This document shows positions 9,536 to 20,400 of a DNA stretch of 64,000 bases, piece by piece; within the stretch, counting starts at the first letter, position 1; each line of letters opens with the position of its first letter. The notes below the pieces were generated by a model. The model was not told the origin of the DNA, ran no database searches, and saw nothing but the letters and a program-made list of their open reading frames with translations. The position numbers and the translations under genes are program-made. This DNA is from an uncultured Verrucomicrobiae bacterium. GTDB lineage: Bacteria; Verrucomicrobiota; Verrucomicrobiia; Chthoniobacterales; UBA10450. Location: the NCBI GenBank assembly GCA_963815455.1, contig CAWFGO010000003.1:544001-608000 (forward strand), given 5' to 3'.

Positions 9536-11266
9536 TTAAGCCAGGACCTCGCTCCGGCCCTCCACCTCTTTTCGCCCAGCCTCACCCTTGCTTTCCAGCA
9601 GGCCTTCGGTAGCTGCGCGAACCGCTTCCAAGAGATCGGCGCCTTCCCGTAGCCGCGGCAGACTGACGTAATCCGCCCCAGCGGCATAGCTGGCCCGCGC
9701 GGCCTCAAAGGTCTCGGCTGTGACAATAATTTTCGCCTCCGGATTCAACCGGCGCAGCACGCGCACGAGTCGCTCGTTATTAACTCCCTTGAGGTAAGTG
9801 TCGGGCACAGTGCTGACGAGCACCTCGGCCTTGTCCACGCCGGCGTGAACCAGGGTGTCCCGCTGGCTGATGTCGCCGTAGATCACGGGCACTTCTTTGG
9901 CGAGCAGACCAGCTCGAGCTGCCGGGCTAAAGTCGACCACCGCAATTTGGGACAGCAAATCGGGCTCGTGACGTCCAAGCTCCTCGAGCAACGAACTGGC
10001 GCTGCGAAAAAAGCCGAGAAAAAGGATCCGCGCGCCAAGAGCGTGACTTTGTCCGGCGCCGTGCCCCTCGACATGCCCGGCGTCCAAGTCACGCAGCCCG
10101 CGTTTCTTGAGGAAACGAACGAGTCGCGGCGTGAGACTATCGCTCTTCGATATCGCGAAAGTAGAAATGGCGGCCAAAAGCACGAAAGCCAGCGCAGTCA
10201 GACCGGAGGTCGCCGGATTGGCAAAATGGCCTGAAGCCGCGCCGAGGGCGATAATGACCAATGAGAATTCGCTAATCTGGCTAAGGTTGATTCCCGGCAG
10301 GACGCTGAGCCGCAGTCCCTGCCGAAGCGCGTAAAGCGGCACAAAAACCGTGAGCAACCGGCTGGCCATAACGAACCCGGCCATGACAAACGCCCAGCCA
10401 ATCAGCGTGCCTGAAGGCATCGGGATTTGCATCCCGAGTCCGACAAAGAATAGCGTTACGAAAAAATCGCGCAGGCTGGTCACTTTCGCCGTCACGTCGA
10501 GCGCATAGGGGAACGTCGAGAGCGCCACGCCGGCGACCAGAGCCCCCATTTCCCGCGAGAGATGAAGTTGCGCGCCGAATTCGCCGACCAGAAAACACCA
10601 GGCGATCGCGCCCACTTGCATCAGTTCCGGCAGGCGCGCCACACTGTGAAAAAGCGTCGGTAGAACAAACCGGCTCACGCCCAGCGTCACCAAAACGAGC
10701 AACCCAGCCCGGGCAAAGCTGCCAAAAAGCACGCTGGTCTGGAGATTCCCCAAGTTCGGTTGCACGGCGAGAAAAAGAATCGCCGCCAGATCCTGCAGCA
10801 CGAGCACGCCCAGCGTAATGCGGCCGCCCAGCGTATCGAGTTCCTGTTTTTCGTAGAGAATCTTTACGATGATGACCGTGCTGCTTAGCGCCGCGGCCAT
10901 TCCGAGATAAAGCGCATCCCATTTACCGCCACTAAGCGGAAAACCGCATAGCCAAAAAAATCCAACGCCGAGAACGACGCCGCCGATGATTTGCACCCCG
11001 GCCGTCAGCGTGATGCTGCTTCCCGCGCTCACGATTTTTTTCAGGTCGATTTCGAGCCCGATCATGAACAGCAGAAAAATCAGCCCCAGTTCGGAAATCG
11101 TGGCCACGGACTCGTGCGACGAAACCCAATGCAACCCATGCGGCCCCAGGACGAAACCGCCTACCAAATAAGCGAGCAGGACCGGTTGCCGGAGCCAGTT
11201 TGCCGCCAGACCGAACAACCACGCCGCCAGGACGCAAAATGTAATGTCGCGGATGATTTCGTGCAT
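9536..11266 (-). CDS. CPA2 cation:proton antiporter with TrkA-N domain (KefB/KefC-like)
   Basis: LLFMIGLE, LSSTVII, LVLQD, LRDFFVTLFF, SQISEFS; C-terminal VIYGD RCK domain. Confidence 0.9.
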   Translation of the reverse strand: MHEIIRDITFCVLAAWLFGLAANWLRQPVLLAYLVGGFVLGPHGLHWVSSHESVATISELGLIFLLFMIGLEIDLKKIVSAGSSITLTAGVQIIGGVVLGVGFFWLCGFPLSGGKWDALYLGMAAALSSTVIIVKILYEKQELDTLGGRITLGVLVLQDLAAILFLAVQPNLGNLQTSVLFGSFARAGLLVLVTLGVSRFVLPTLFHSVARLPELMQVGAIAWCFLVGEFGAQLHLSREMGALVAGVALSTFPYALDVTAKVTSLRDFFVTLFFVGLGMQIPMPSGTLIGWAFVMAGFVMASRLLTVFVPLYALRQGLRLSVLPGINLSQISEFSLVIIALGAASGHFANPATSGLTALAFVLLAAISTFAISKSDSLTPRLVRFLKKRGLRDLDAGHVEGHGAGQSHALGARILFLGFFRSASSLLEELGRHEPDLLSQIAVVDFSPAARAGLLAKEVPVIYGDISQRDTLVHAGVDKAEVLVSTVPDTYLKGVNNERLVRVLRRLNPEAKIIVTAETFEAARASYAAGADYVSLPRLREGADLLEAVRAATEGLLESKGEAGRKEVEGRSEVLA

Positions 11267-11520
11267 TTTTCGTGCTGCTTGCTACTAGAAACCGGCGCAG
11301 CTTACCAGCTTATATGAATGCTGGGCCTTCCTTTAGGATCAGATAGCCCGCTCAATCAACCGTACAAAGTCGTTGACAGCCGGTTGGTTCGTTCGCAAAG
11401 TCACTACTCGTTTTTGCCATGCTAGCTCCGCAACTTATCTCGCCCGCTCTCCCCGGCAGCGCGGCGACTATTCTTCAATTCCCGACGGAAACGTTTCATC
11501 CCGTTCGTTCCTTGCGCCAT

Positions 11521-11736
11521 ATGACCACTCAACTCCTCCAGGAAGCAGCCCAAGCGATCCCGAATCAGCAAATCCTGATCAACGTGGTCTCCAAACGCGT
11601 GCGTCAGCTCGGCTTGGGACACCGGCCCATGGTGGAGACCACTCCACGCATGTCGCTCACGGATATCGCGCTCAAGGAAATTATCGCCGGCAAGCTTGTT
11701 TACGAATCCATCGAGGGTTCACCGGAGAAAGCTTAA
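11521..11736 (+). CDS. rpoZ: RNA polymerase omega subunit
   Basis: ILINVVSKRVRQL...IALKEIIAGKL. Confidence 0.85.
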   Translation: MTTQLLQEAAQAIPNQQILINVVSKRVRQLGLGHRPMVETTPRMSLTDIALKEIIAGKLVYESIEGSPEKA

Positions 11737-11762
11737 GCTTCGTCGCGTTTCAGGGCGCGATC

Positions 11763-12224
11763 ATGGCTGCCGAGTCGATTCTCAATCGCAAGGCGCTGCG
11801 CGACTATCACATTCTCGATCGCTACGAAGCCGGGATCGAACTCAAAGGCAGCGAGGTCAAATCGATCCGGGCCGGGAAAGCGAACATCGGCGATGCCTTC
11901 GCCCGCATCGAAAAGGGCGAAGCTTTTCTCTACAACGCCGATATCCAGCCCTACGCCCAGGCCAGTCACGAAGTTCCGGCTCCCAAACGCGTCCGCAAAC
12001 TCCTGTTACATCGACAAGAGATCGACAAACTCTATGGCGAGACCCAGGTCGCAGGACGCGCCCTGGTTGTTCTCAAACTGTATTGGAAGAGCGGCAAGCT
12101 GAAAGCCGAGATCGGCGTCGCCCAAGGCAAAGCCGCGCGTGACAAGCGCGCCGACTTGAAAAAGCGCGCCGTCGATCGCGAAACCCAGCGCGAAGTGGCG
12201 AAATTCAATCGCCGTCACAGCTAA
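11763..12224 (+). CDS. smpB: SsrA-binding protein
   Basis: NRKALRDYHILDRYEAGIELKGSEVKSIR...RKLLLHRQEI. Confidence 0.95.
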   Translation: MAAESILNRKALRDYHILDRYEAGIELKGSEVKSIRAGKANIGDAFARIEKGEAFLYNADIQPYAQASHEVPAPKRVRKLLLHRQEIDKLYGETQVAGRALVVLKLYWKSGKLKAEIGVAQGKAARDKRADLKKRAVDRETQREVAKFNRRHS

Positions 12225-12232
12225 TTTCTTTT

Positions 12233-12343
12233 GGGGAGCGCAGGCATCCTGCCTGTGCTTCGCGGCATCTTGCCGCGAAGGCTTGCAGGGCGTCTGTGTC
12301 CCGACGCCATCTAATGATTGGCGTCTCACAGAGACGCCCTACA
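12233..12343. repeat. Composite REP-like hairpins (GGAG- and GTAG-type)
   Basis: GGAGCGCAGGCATCCTGCCTG hairpin and GCAGGGCGTC...GACGCCCTACA; related element at 55024-55124. Confidence 0.65.
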
Positions 12344-12353
12344 ATTACGGTGA

Positions 12354-13235
12354 ATGTTAATTCGCACCGGCTCCTGGATTCGCGATAAAGTCGCCCTTAT
12401 CACCGGCGGCTCCCGCGGTCTCGGCTTGATCATCGCACGACAAATTTGTGATCAGGGCGGCAAAGTCGCTCTCATCGCTCGCGATGCTGATGAGCTCACC
12501 CGCGCCAAGAACGATCTCGAAAGCCGGGGCGGCGAAGCTATTACAATTCAATGCGATTTGCTCGATCGCGCGCAGATTGAATCCGCTGTCCGCCTCGCCA
12601 TCGATCGTTTCGGCAGGATCGACATTCTCATCAATAACGCCGGGATCATCGAAGTCGGTCCGCTCGAACACATGCAGCGCGAAGATTTCGAGCGCAGCAT
12701 GGGCGTGCATTTTTGGGCGCCATTCGAATTGATCATGCGGATCATTCCCGACATGCGACGACTAGGCGGCGGACGAATCATCAACATCGCTTCCATTGGC
12801 GGCAAGATTGCCGTCCCGCACATGGCCCCGTACACCGCGAGCAAATTCGCTCTGGTCGGCTTCTCCGATGCGCTTCGGGCGGAATTGCTCGCGAAAATAT
12901 TTATGTCACCACAGTTACGCCCGGGTCTGATGCGGACCGGTTCGGAAGTGCACGCAAAATTCAAAGGGGATCACGCCGCCGAATTCGAATCGTTTGCCGG
13001 TGCGACCAAAATGCCGCTCGCTTCGATCTCGGCAGAACGCGCGGCCGAAAAATTCTGGCAGCTGCTGCGCGCGGCAAGGCTGCGTTGATGATGCCGTTGC
13101 CGGCGCGCGCGTTGATTATCGCCAATGCGATTTTTCCAAATATCGTCGCGCGGAGTCATGAAGATAGTGAACAAACGGCTACCCGCGACCGACCGGAGCC
13201 GGCGGCGATGAGGCGCGCGCGGCTCGGAAGATTCA
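12354..13235 (+). CDS. SDR oxidoreductase (frameshifted, 3' end approximate)
   Basis: TGGSRGLG, NNAG, YTASK; C-terminal part continues in other frames. Confidence 0.85.
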
Positions 13236-13794
13236 ATGAAGCCGAAACGGCTGTTCGTGGCCATCGATCCGCCGAAATCCATTCGGCAGAGTCTGGTGGA
13301 TCTCGATCCGCAAATTCACGGCGTTCGTTGGGTCGATGGCAATCAAATGCATCTTACCCTCGGGTTTTTTCCGGCCGTAATCGAAGATGTCGAATCTGTA
13401 ACTTGCGCGAAAATTGAGCGCGATCGAATTTCGCGCATTTGTTCTCCCGATGGTCGGCCTCGGAAAATTTCCGGCCAAAGGGGCATCCGAAAATCGTCTG
13501 GATCGGGGTCGGCACCGGTCATCCTCATTTGTTCCAATTGCACAAACGAGTGCAGGAGGCCGCGATTGGCGGTCTGGCTTGGAAGCGGATTTACGCCCGT
13601 GGCATCCGCACATCACTCTGGCGCGTTGCCACAATGTCCATGAAGGCGCATTGCACAAATTTTTCAAAGCCAATGCCGAAGTCGATGCCGGAATGTTTCG
13701 GGTCGAAGCGTTTCATCTTTACTGCAGCGAGCTGACATCCGCGGGGCCGATTCACACCTGCGAGCTATCGATTCGCAGCACCGATGGTTCGTGA
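13236..13794 (+). CDS. thpR: RNA 2',3'-cyclic phosphodiesterase (frameshifted)
   Basis: RLFVAID, HLTLGF and PHITLAR 2H motifs spread over three frames. Confidence 0.85.
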
Positions 13795-13796
13795 AG

Positions 13797-13855
13797 TGTA
13801 GCGACGTTTGTGTCAAACGCCGAACGCTCAGGCGCTTGGCAGAAGCGCCTCTACA
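13797..13855. repeat. GTAG-type REP family B (TGTAG...CTACA)
   Basis: Similar elements at ~16216-16285, 17691-17716, 20280-20353, 27597-27645, 45762-45821, 53995-54062, 54519-54567 and 56544-56648. Confidence 0.75.
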
Positions 13856-13888
13856 ACCGCTAATAAATTCGACGCTAACAGAAGGGCG

Positions 13889-15343
13889 CTACAGATTCCG
13901 GCTTGAGAGCGGTGCGGCGATATGTTCGAGCGATCGGCGCTCGGCTGCTACGCCAATCCAGATTTCCGTTAACGCGCCGACGATCATCAGTACCGCGGCA
14001 ACCAGATAACCGGCAAATAACGCTGTGCTCGAGCCGGTCCCAATCATCCAGCCAAACAAAATGGGCGCGCCAACTCCGCCGGCCAGAGTTCCAATCGCGT
14101 AGAAAATTGCGATTGCCAATGCGCGAATCTCCAATGGGAAAATCTCGCTCACAGTCAGATAAGCAGAGCTGGCCGCGGCCGACGCAATGAAGAAGATGAT
14201 TGTCCAGGCGACCGTTTGAGTTTGAGCCGTCAGCATTCCGGCATGAAACAGCCAGCCGGTTACAGCCAGGAGAATTCCGGCGAGAGCATAAGTTGCAGCG
14301 ATCATTTTCTTGCGTCCAATCGTGTCGAACAAATGCCCGAGCACGACCGGGCCAAGCACGTTGCCGAGCGCGAAGGGAAGGAGATAAAGGCCCACGCTCT
14401 GTTCCGGCACACCGTAAAACCGCATCAGGACCAGCGCGTAGGTGAAGAAGATTGCGTTGTAAAAAAACGCCTGGGTCAGCATCAGAATAAAACCGAGAAA
14501 CGAACGCCGTCGATGCTCGTGCACGATCGCGTCCCAAATCTCGTGCCACGGCGTGTGCGTCCGAGTTCGAATCCGCACGCTGTAGAGATCGGCCGTCGTG
14601 GCTGAGACCCCGATTCTTCGTTCTACTTCACCGACAATTTGCTCCGCTTCATGATTCCTTCCGTGAATCATCAGCCAGCGCGGGCTTTCGGGAATCCACC
14701 GCCGAAAGAAAATGACGATCAATCCAAGAGTCGCGCCGATTGCAAACGCGAAACGCCAGCCAAGCCAGATCGGCAATCGAGCGCGGGTCGAGCAAGACGA
14801 GCGTTCCAAGCTGCACCCATCGCTGCACCTACCCAATACGATCCATTGATCATCAAATCGACTCGGCCACGCACGCGAGCCGGAATCAGTTCGTCAATCG
14901 CCGAGTTGATGGCCGCGTATTCGCCGCCGATGCCGGCGCCGGTGATCGCGCGGAAAACTGCATAGCTTGTGAAATTCCACGAGAACGCGCTAGAGCGCCG
15001 TTCCGACGAGATAAACGGTCACCGTGATGAAAAATAATTTCTTTCGGCCAAACCGATCCGTTCCATAACCGAACAGCAGCGCGCCAATCACCGCGCCGGC
15101 CAGATAACAAGTCGCGCTCGCGCCGACCTCCGTCGGAGTTAGTCCCAGCGTCTCGTGGCGGGTCAAAATTCCGCCAAGCGCGCCGGCGAGCGTGACTTCA
15201 AGCCCATCGAGAATCCAAGTCGCGCCCAGCGCAACCACGATCAACCAATGCCATCGGCTCCACGGCAGATCATCCAGCCGCGCCGGCACATAGGATTCAA
15301 TTGTCTCGCCATTTGTCATAGCAATTTTGGAGTGCGCGGACAT
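13889..15343 (-). CDS. MFS transporter (frameshifted)
   Basis: [34 protein letters not shown] across three ORFs. Confidence 0.85.
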
Positions 15344-15393
15344 GTCCGCGCTTTCAAAGCGGTCCGGCGGCTGCCGGATCGCCGCACTCAAAA

Positions 15394-16846
15394 TTATTGC
15401 ACTCGCGATGGCGCCAAAATCGCGTCGCGCATTCCGTGAAGAAATTTCTTGTCGGCGGGAACGATGGTGGCCAGCGCGCCGCGCAATTTCACTTTGTCTT
15501 CTTCGACGAAGTAATACGGGCAAAGACGGACGCGGCCTTGCATCGTTTTCAACTCGGTGGATCGAGCAGTCCCTTGCTCGATGCTAAAACCAGGCGGCGA
15601 AGCCGCATTCTTATTAGCATCGCCCGACGGAGCGGTCGATCCACCATCTTCCCAATACCGGTGTTCGAACAATCGGCCTTTGTGAAAGCGTTGCATGATG
15701 GTCGGCGACGAATCGAACGTGGCAAGCGCATTGTCGATCCTCTTTGCCCATTCCGCGTGGGCGAGATCGGAGCCGAGCGAGATGCCGCGACTGCCCCAGC
15801 CGAGCGGTGAAAATCCGCTCACTTTCAAAAGAAGATCGCGATCTTTTTGACTGAATCTGGCCGCCTCGCGCCAATCGTGAATTTCCAAACGCGGAATCAC
15901 GCGCATGTTGCGGCAACGGCGTTGGATCAAGCAGCCACGAATACGGAATCACTTCCTGCAGTTTCATGAAATATTTTTCGCCCAGCTCGCGCCGCCAGAA
16001 TTCGCGCAGCGGCTGCATCCAAAAAAGCGCGAACCACATTTTCTCTTCGAGATACGGTTTGATCGGCGGTGTGATCGTGATCCGGCCTTCTGCGTTTGCG
16101 CGAAGCAGATTGTCGATCTTCGGGAATGTTGGGCAGATCGAACAACTCGAAGAAGCGGTAAACATGCGCGCGCCATCCTGCGGCTCATAATTCTCCGCCG
16201 CCACGACGCGCCAGCTGTAGTTCGGGAGCGTTGACCCCGGCCCGTGACGACGTTAACAGAGCCGTGGTCGGCGTTCGCGGCTACAGTTCGCTCGTTCAAT
16301 CGCGCAGCGATCCATTCCATTTCCGGCCGATAGGTGGCCGATTCCTGCGAAATAACGATGTCGCCGCCGTCTGGGAAGAACACTTTGAAATCCCTCCAGC
16401 ATCCCATCCGCGCCGCCGATGATTTCGTTATCGAATTGCGAGTAGGTTTGATTGAGCCACCGGTCAATCCGATTCCGCCCGGCACGGAATCGATTTCCGC
16501 AATGATGTAACCGTCCTCGGTCAGAATGAGATCCGGGCGAATGACGCGCGGAAGATCGTCCCGGATTTCTTTGCGTCGCGAAAACTCGATCAGCTCCTTC
16601 GGTTTGCCCGCATCGAGATAACGCGCAACCCAATCGGGCTGTTTTCCTTTGACACTCTGTTGATAAAGCTGATTACAAGCGCGCTGAAAAACGAACAACT
16701 GATGACCGAGTTGCTCGAGCTCGGCCAGGAATTTTTGCTCGATCGGAAACGCATCGGGCGAAAGGAGCCAGTCCTTTTCTGCGAAGAGGCCTTCCTTTGG
16801 GAAGGCAGTGCGGATGGCGACGAAGCCTGTCGTCTTGAACCTGCAT
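15394..16846 (-). CDS. Conserved protein resembling glutathionylspermidine-synthase/ATP-grasp fold (several frameshifts)
   Basis: VIRPDLILT...IAEIDSVPGGIG, LLKVSGFS..WGSRG, GRVRLCPYYF, pieced from several frames. Confidence 0.6.
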
Positions 16847-16852
16847 TAGAAA

Positions 16853-16898
16853 GCAACGTCCAACGTCCAACGCTCGAACGCTCAACGTCCAACGCTCA
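16853..16898. repeat. Heptamer tandem repeat CAACG(TC/CT)
   Basis: CAACGTCCAACGTCCAACGCTCGAACGCTCAACGTCCAACGCTCAA. Confidence 0.8.
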
Positions 16899-16993
16899 AT
16901 GAACAACGTCGACATCCCGAGCGGAGTCGAGGGATCTCGGAAAAGTGCTTCAGGTGGCACAACGGGCTTCCTCGCCGCGTCGGAATTCCACGT

Positions 16994-17609
16994 TTATCTT
17001 CCCGCGGCGATTTTCTTCAGCGCCAAGCTTACCAATTCCTCCGCCGATTTCGCTTCGCCTTTTTCCTGCAAATCGCGCACCGCTTTGTGGGCATCGACTT
17101 GTTTGTAACCAAGCGCGATCAGCGCCAGCACGGCTTCGTTGGCTTGTTCCTGCTCGGGCGTCGGCGCGTGCGCGCCGATTGCGGCTTCCCACGCCGCCGC
17201 GACCCCGAGCTTGTCTTTCAATTCGAGCACGATTCGTTCGGCCGTTTTTTTCCCAAGCCCGCTAATTTTCGAGATCGCCGCGATATCCGAGTTCACAACG
17301 GCGGCTTTGAAATTCGTTACGCTCATTCCGCTTAATACAGCCAGCGCAAGTTTCGGCCCGATCCCGCTGACGTTATTCACCAGCAACCGAAACAGATCGC
17401 GCTCCGGGCGCAGTCATGAATCCGTAAAGAATGTGCGCGTCTTCGCGCACGGCCAGATGCGTCAGAATGTGAATCGGCTGGCCGACTGACCGGGAGCTTA
17501 TCGTAACTGGAAAGCGGAATCAAAACTTCGTAACCGACGCCGTTGACATCGACAATGGCCTGCGTGGGCAGAGCCGTCGACAAGTTTGCCGGTCGAGAAA
17601 CGTGATCAT
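16994..17609 (-). CDS. ruvA: Holliday junction branch migration protein RuvA (frameshifted)
   Basis: MITFL..., IVDVNGVGYEV, VSGIGPKLALAVLS, ISGLGKKTAERIVLELKDK, ALIALGY. Confidence 0.9.
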
Positions 17610-17771
17610 TGAGAGCGGTTGAAACGCTATAAGATGAAGAGTTGAAACGGAGCGTGTTTGCAAACGCAAGGCGAAGAATCTCCATTATCCTGTAGCGGCG
17701 CTCTGCGAGCGATCGCAGAGATGTATCAATTCGTCCAGACAGAGGAGTAAACGACCGCGCGCTTATCAAGG

Positions 17772-19269
17772 TCATTCCGATTTCATTACAAGCGTAAGAT
17801 CGAGGTGCTTGCCTTTGGCGAGGTTGAAGCCGTGCGTTGAAAATGTTTTCCAGTTGTCCGGATGATTCGCGAAGAGCGTGCCCGTAAGCGAACTCGGTAT
17901 CACCACGAAGCGCGGTCCAGTCTTTTGCCATAAAATCGGCGGCTCCCCTCTTGTTCAAAGGCGTAAGAAAGCCTTTCACCCGGGAACGAAAATACCAGAC
18001 CAGACTTGGCTCGTTGTAATCAACCGCGCCAAACTCCATGTCTGGCCGCAACTGATCGCGAGACTCTCGAAAAAGCGCATAGGCGGGGAACGAACGCGCG
18101 ACCAGCGGCGGAACTATAAACGCGACGGCGAACAACACGCATGTCGTCGCAATCGCGATCCCTTTGAAACGAGGCAATGGTTGTTGCGACCAATGCCGCG
18201 CCAATAACAGCGCAAGCAATGGAAATGCCGGCAATGTGTAATGCGGCAACTTCGTTTTGATGAGCGTGAATATTAGAAAAATGATTCCGGCACGGACGAG
18301 AAGGTAATTGTCGATCCTATCGCGCCCGCTGTAGCCTCGGCCTACTTTGTTACGCCACAATTTCCGGACCAACCAAGGAAACTTGAGCGACCACGGAAAC
18401 ATGCTCAGAAAAACAGTAATGAAATAAAACGGCAGCAACAGCAGATACACGCTGAGAGAATTGGCGCCGTGCCCTTCCATCGCCCCGATCGATCGACCGA
18501 TGACGTGACGCCCGATCCCAACGCTAAAAAATTCGCCATGAGTGCGAATCAAGGCGGGAACGGCCCAGATCGCGACAACGCCGAGCATTAAGAGGACCCC
18601 AGCGATCAACCTAAAAGGACGGCGTGAGACGTTGATCCAACCGACTGTTAACAGCGGGACCCATCCGATTGGTCCTTTGGCCAGAAAGGCCAGCGCCAGC
18701 GAGAGATAAAAAACCAGCCACCAATTCCATTGGACGGTGGACGTTGGGCGTTGAGCGCCTGCCACGCCGAAGCCTTGCGCAGGCGGGTTGGACGTTTTCT
18801 GACCGCAAGTCAATTCGTAATCGGCCCAATAGGCCAAAGTCATGAAAAGCACCAGCCACATGTCGGCGACCGCCGCTTTCGCGTGAACAAATGTCTGGAG
18901 CGAAACCGTAAAGATGATCGCCGCCCACCAGCCGACACGATCGCCGCCAATACGCGCGCCCCAGGCCAGGAGCGTCAATGCGATCAGCGCAGCGGCGATT
19001 GTCGATGGAAAACGTGCGGCAAAATCGTTCTCTCCAAAAATCTTGTAACTCGCGGCCTGGGCCCAGTAGGTGAGCGGAGGCTTGTCGAATCGAATGTTAT
19101 TATTGAAATAGGGAACGATGTAATCGCCGCGTTGAATCATTTCCCTGGTCGCTTCGGCAAAACGCGGCTCGTCCCGATCGATAAGCGGCAGGCTCCAAGT
19201 GCCGGCCAGGTGGAGAAGCACGCAGCCGAAAAATAACATCGCGTATTTCCCGGTGGAGGAGTTTATCAT
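17772..19269 (-). CDS. ArnT/GT39-like glycosyltransferase (frameshift near 3' end)
   Basis: DRDEPRFAEATREM, FDKPPLTYW, AARFPS, LAKGPIG, TKLPHYTLPAFP. Confidence 0.85.
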
Positions 19270-19360
19270 GCTCGTGCTCGTGCTCGTGCTCGTGCTCATA
19301 CTCATGCTCTTGCTCTTGCTCGACTTCCATCGATCATGAGCAAGAGCAGGAGCAAGAGTA
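19267..19360. repeat. Inverted pair of hexamer tandem repeats between divergent genes
   Basis: (GCTCGT)n/(GCTCTT)n followed by (GAGCAA/G)n; the same unit occurs at 8804-8835. Confidence 0.8.
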
Positions 19361-19390
19361 AGAGGACAAAGTGCCGACGGGAACTCATTT

Positions 19391-20011
19391 GTGAAACGCA
19401 GCTCCGTTTTTTACTGGCTGATTTGCATCGTGATTATGCTCGCTGTAATCGTTGCGTCCTTTCATTTCGATGGCGCAGCGCGCGATTTTGTAACGCAGCA
19501 TCAAGACCGGGCTCTGCGGAAGTTCATGCTCAATGTCAGCCGGATCGGCGACTGGCCCGCTCATCTCGCCCTCGGGTCGTTGCTGCTCGCGATTGCCTGG
19601 TGGCGCGGCAACAAGAAATGGACGCGCATTTTCTTGTCGATGCTGGTCGCCCTGGCGCTCGCTGGCGTGGTTAGCCGCGGGATCAAGATCGCCACCGCTC
19701 GCGCCCGACCATCGGTGAAAACGGAAGAAGTCGCAGCGCGATCACATTTCAGCTCCAAGTATCAGGCCTTCCCCTCCGGACACGTCGCGGCATCGATGGG
19801 ATTTTTCGGCGTCCTGTTTTTTGTACGCCGTCGAATCGCCCTCGCCTGCCTGCCAATCCCAATCCTAATCGGAATCTCCCGGATGTATGTCGCGGCACAT
19901 TATTTATCCGACGTCGTCTGCGCGGCGATCCTGGGAATATCGTGCGCGTTTCTAGTCACGCGATTTCCTCATCTGTCAATCAGCAATCAGAAATCAGCAA
20001 TCCGCAATTAG
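19391..20011 (+). CDS. PAP2 family phosphatase
   Basis: K...RARP, FPSGH, SRMYVAAHYLSD. Confidence 0.9.
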   Translation: MKRSSVFYWLICIVIMLAVIVASFHFDGAARDFVTQHQDRALRKFMLNVSRIGDWPAHLALGSLLLAIAWWRGNKKWTRIFLSMLVALALAGVVSRGIKIATARARPSVKTEEVAARSHFSSKYQAFPSGHVAASMGFFGVLFFVRRRIALACLPIPILIGISRMYVAAHYLSDVVCAAILGISCAFLVTRFPHLSISNQKSAIRN

Positions 20012-20176
20012 AATGCGGAGGGGGTGGGATTATCCAAAGCTGCGCTTTGGCTCTGGGGTTAGAGCTTCGCTTATAACCCATGCGCGTAACGCGCCCCACC
20101 AGTCGAACGGCGTTCGAATCGCGAAATTGCAACGCTTCCAAATCGAAAATCGAAAATCGACATTCGAAAATTAAAA

Positions 20177-20264
20177 TGGCGGAGGGGGTGGGATTCGAAC
20201 CCACGAGGGCTTGCGCCCTGCCGGTTTTCAAGACCGGAGCCATCAACCACTCGACCACCCCTCC
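20177..20264 (-). tRNA. tRNA-Ser(TGA)
   Basis: Reverse complement GGAGGGGTGGTCGAGTGGTTGATGGCTCCGGTCT-TGA-AAACCGGCAGGGCGCAAGCCCTCGTGGGTTCGAATCCCACCCCCTCCGCCA; long variable arm, encoded CCA. Confidence 0.95.
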
Positions 20265-20379
20265 GGCGCTGGGCCGACTGTAGCGGCGCTCTGTGAGCGT
20301 CGCAAACTTTGGGCCATCAATTGGCGACCCCGAAGGCTTTCGGGGCCGCTACAGCAGAGATTCGATTCGACAGCGTTAT

Positions 20380-20395
20380 ATGTTCGCGCGAACAT
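20380..20395. promoter_or_regulatory. Verrucomicrobia-type LexA (SOS) box
   Basis: Perfect palindrome ATGTTC-GCGC-GAACAT ending 5 nt before the ATG of a SplB-like gene. Confidence 0.75.
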
Positions 20396-20400
20396 TCTTC

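Noticed and set aside
11373..12224. 283 aa extended SmpB
   Set aside because: The extension overlaps rpoZ in another frame; SmpB homology begins at 11763
12225..12353. tmRNA next to smpB
   Set aside because: Interval is too short and consists of REP hairpins
17377..19305. 642 aa ORF that looks like an ArnT-RuvA fusion with an STSTST N-terminus
   Set aside because: Artefact of frameshifts joining two genes; the N-terminus is a translated hexamer repeat
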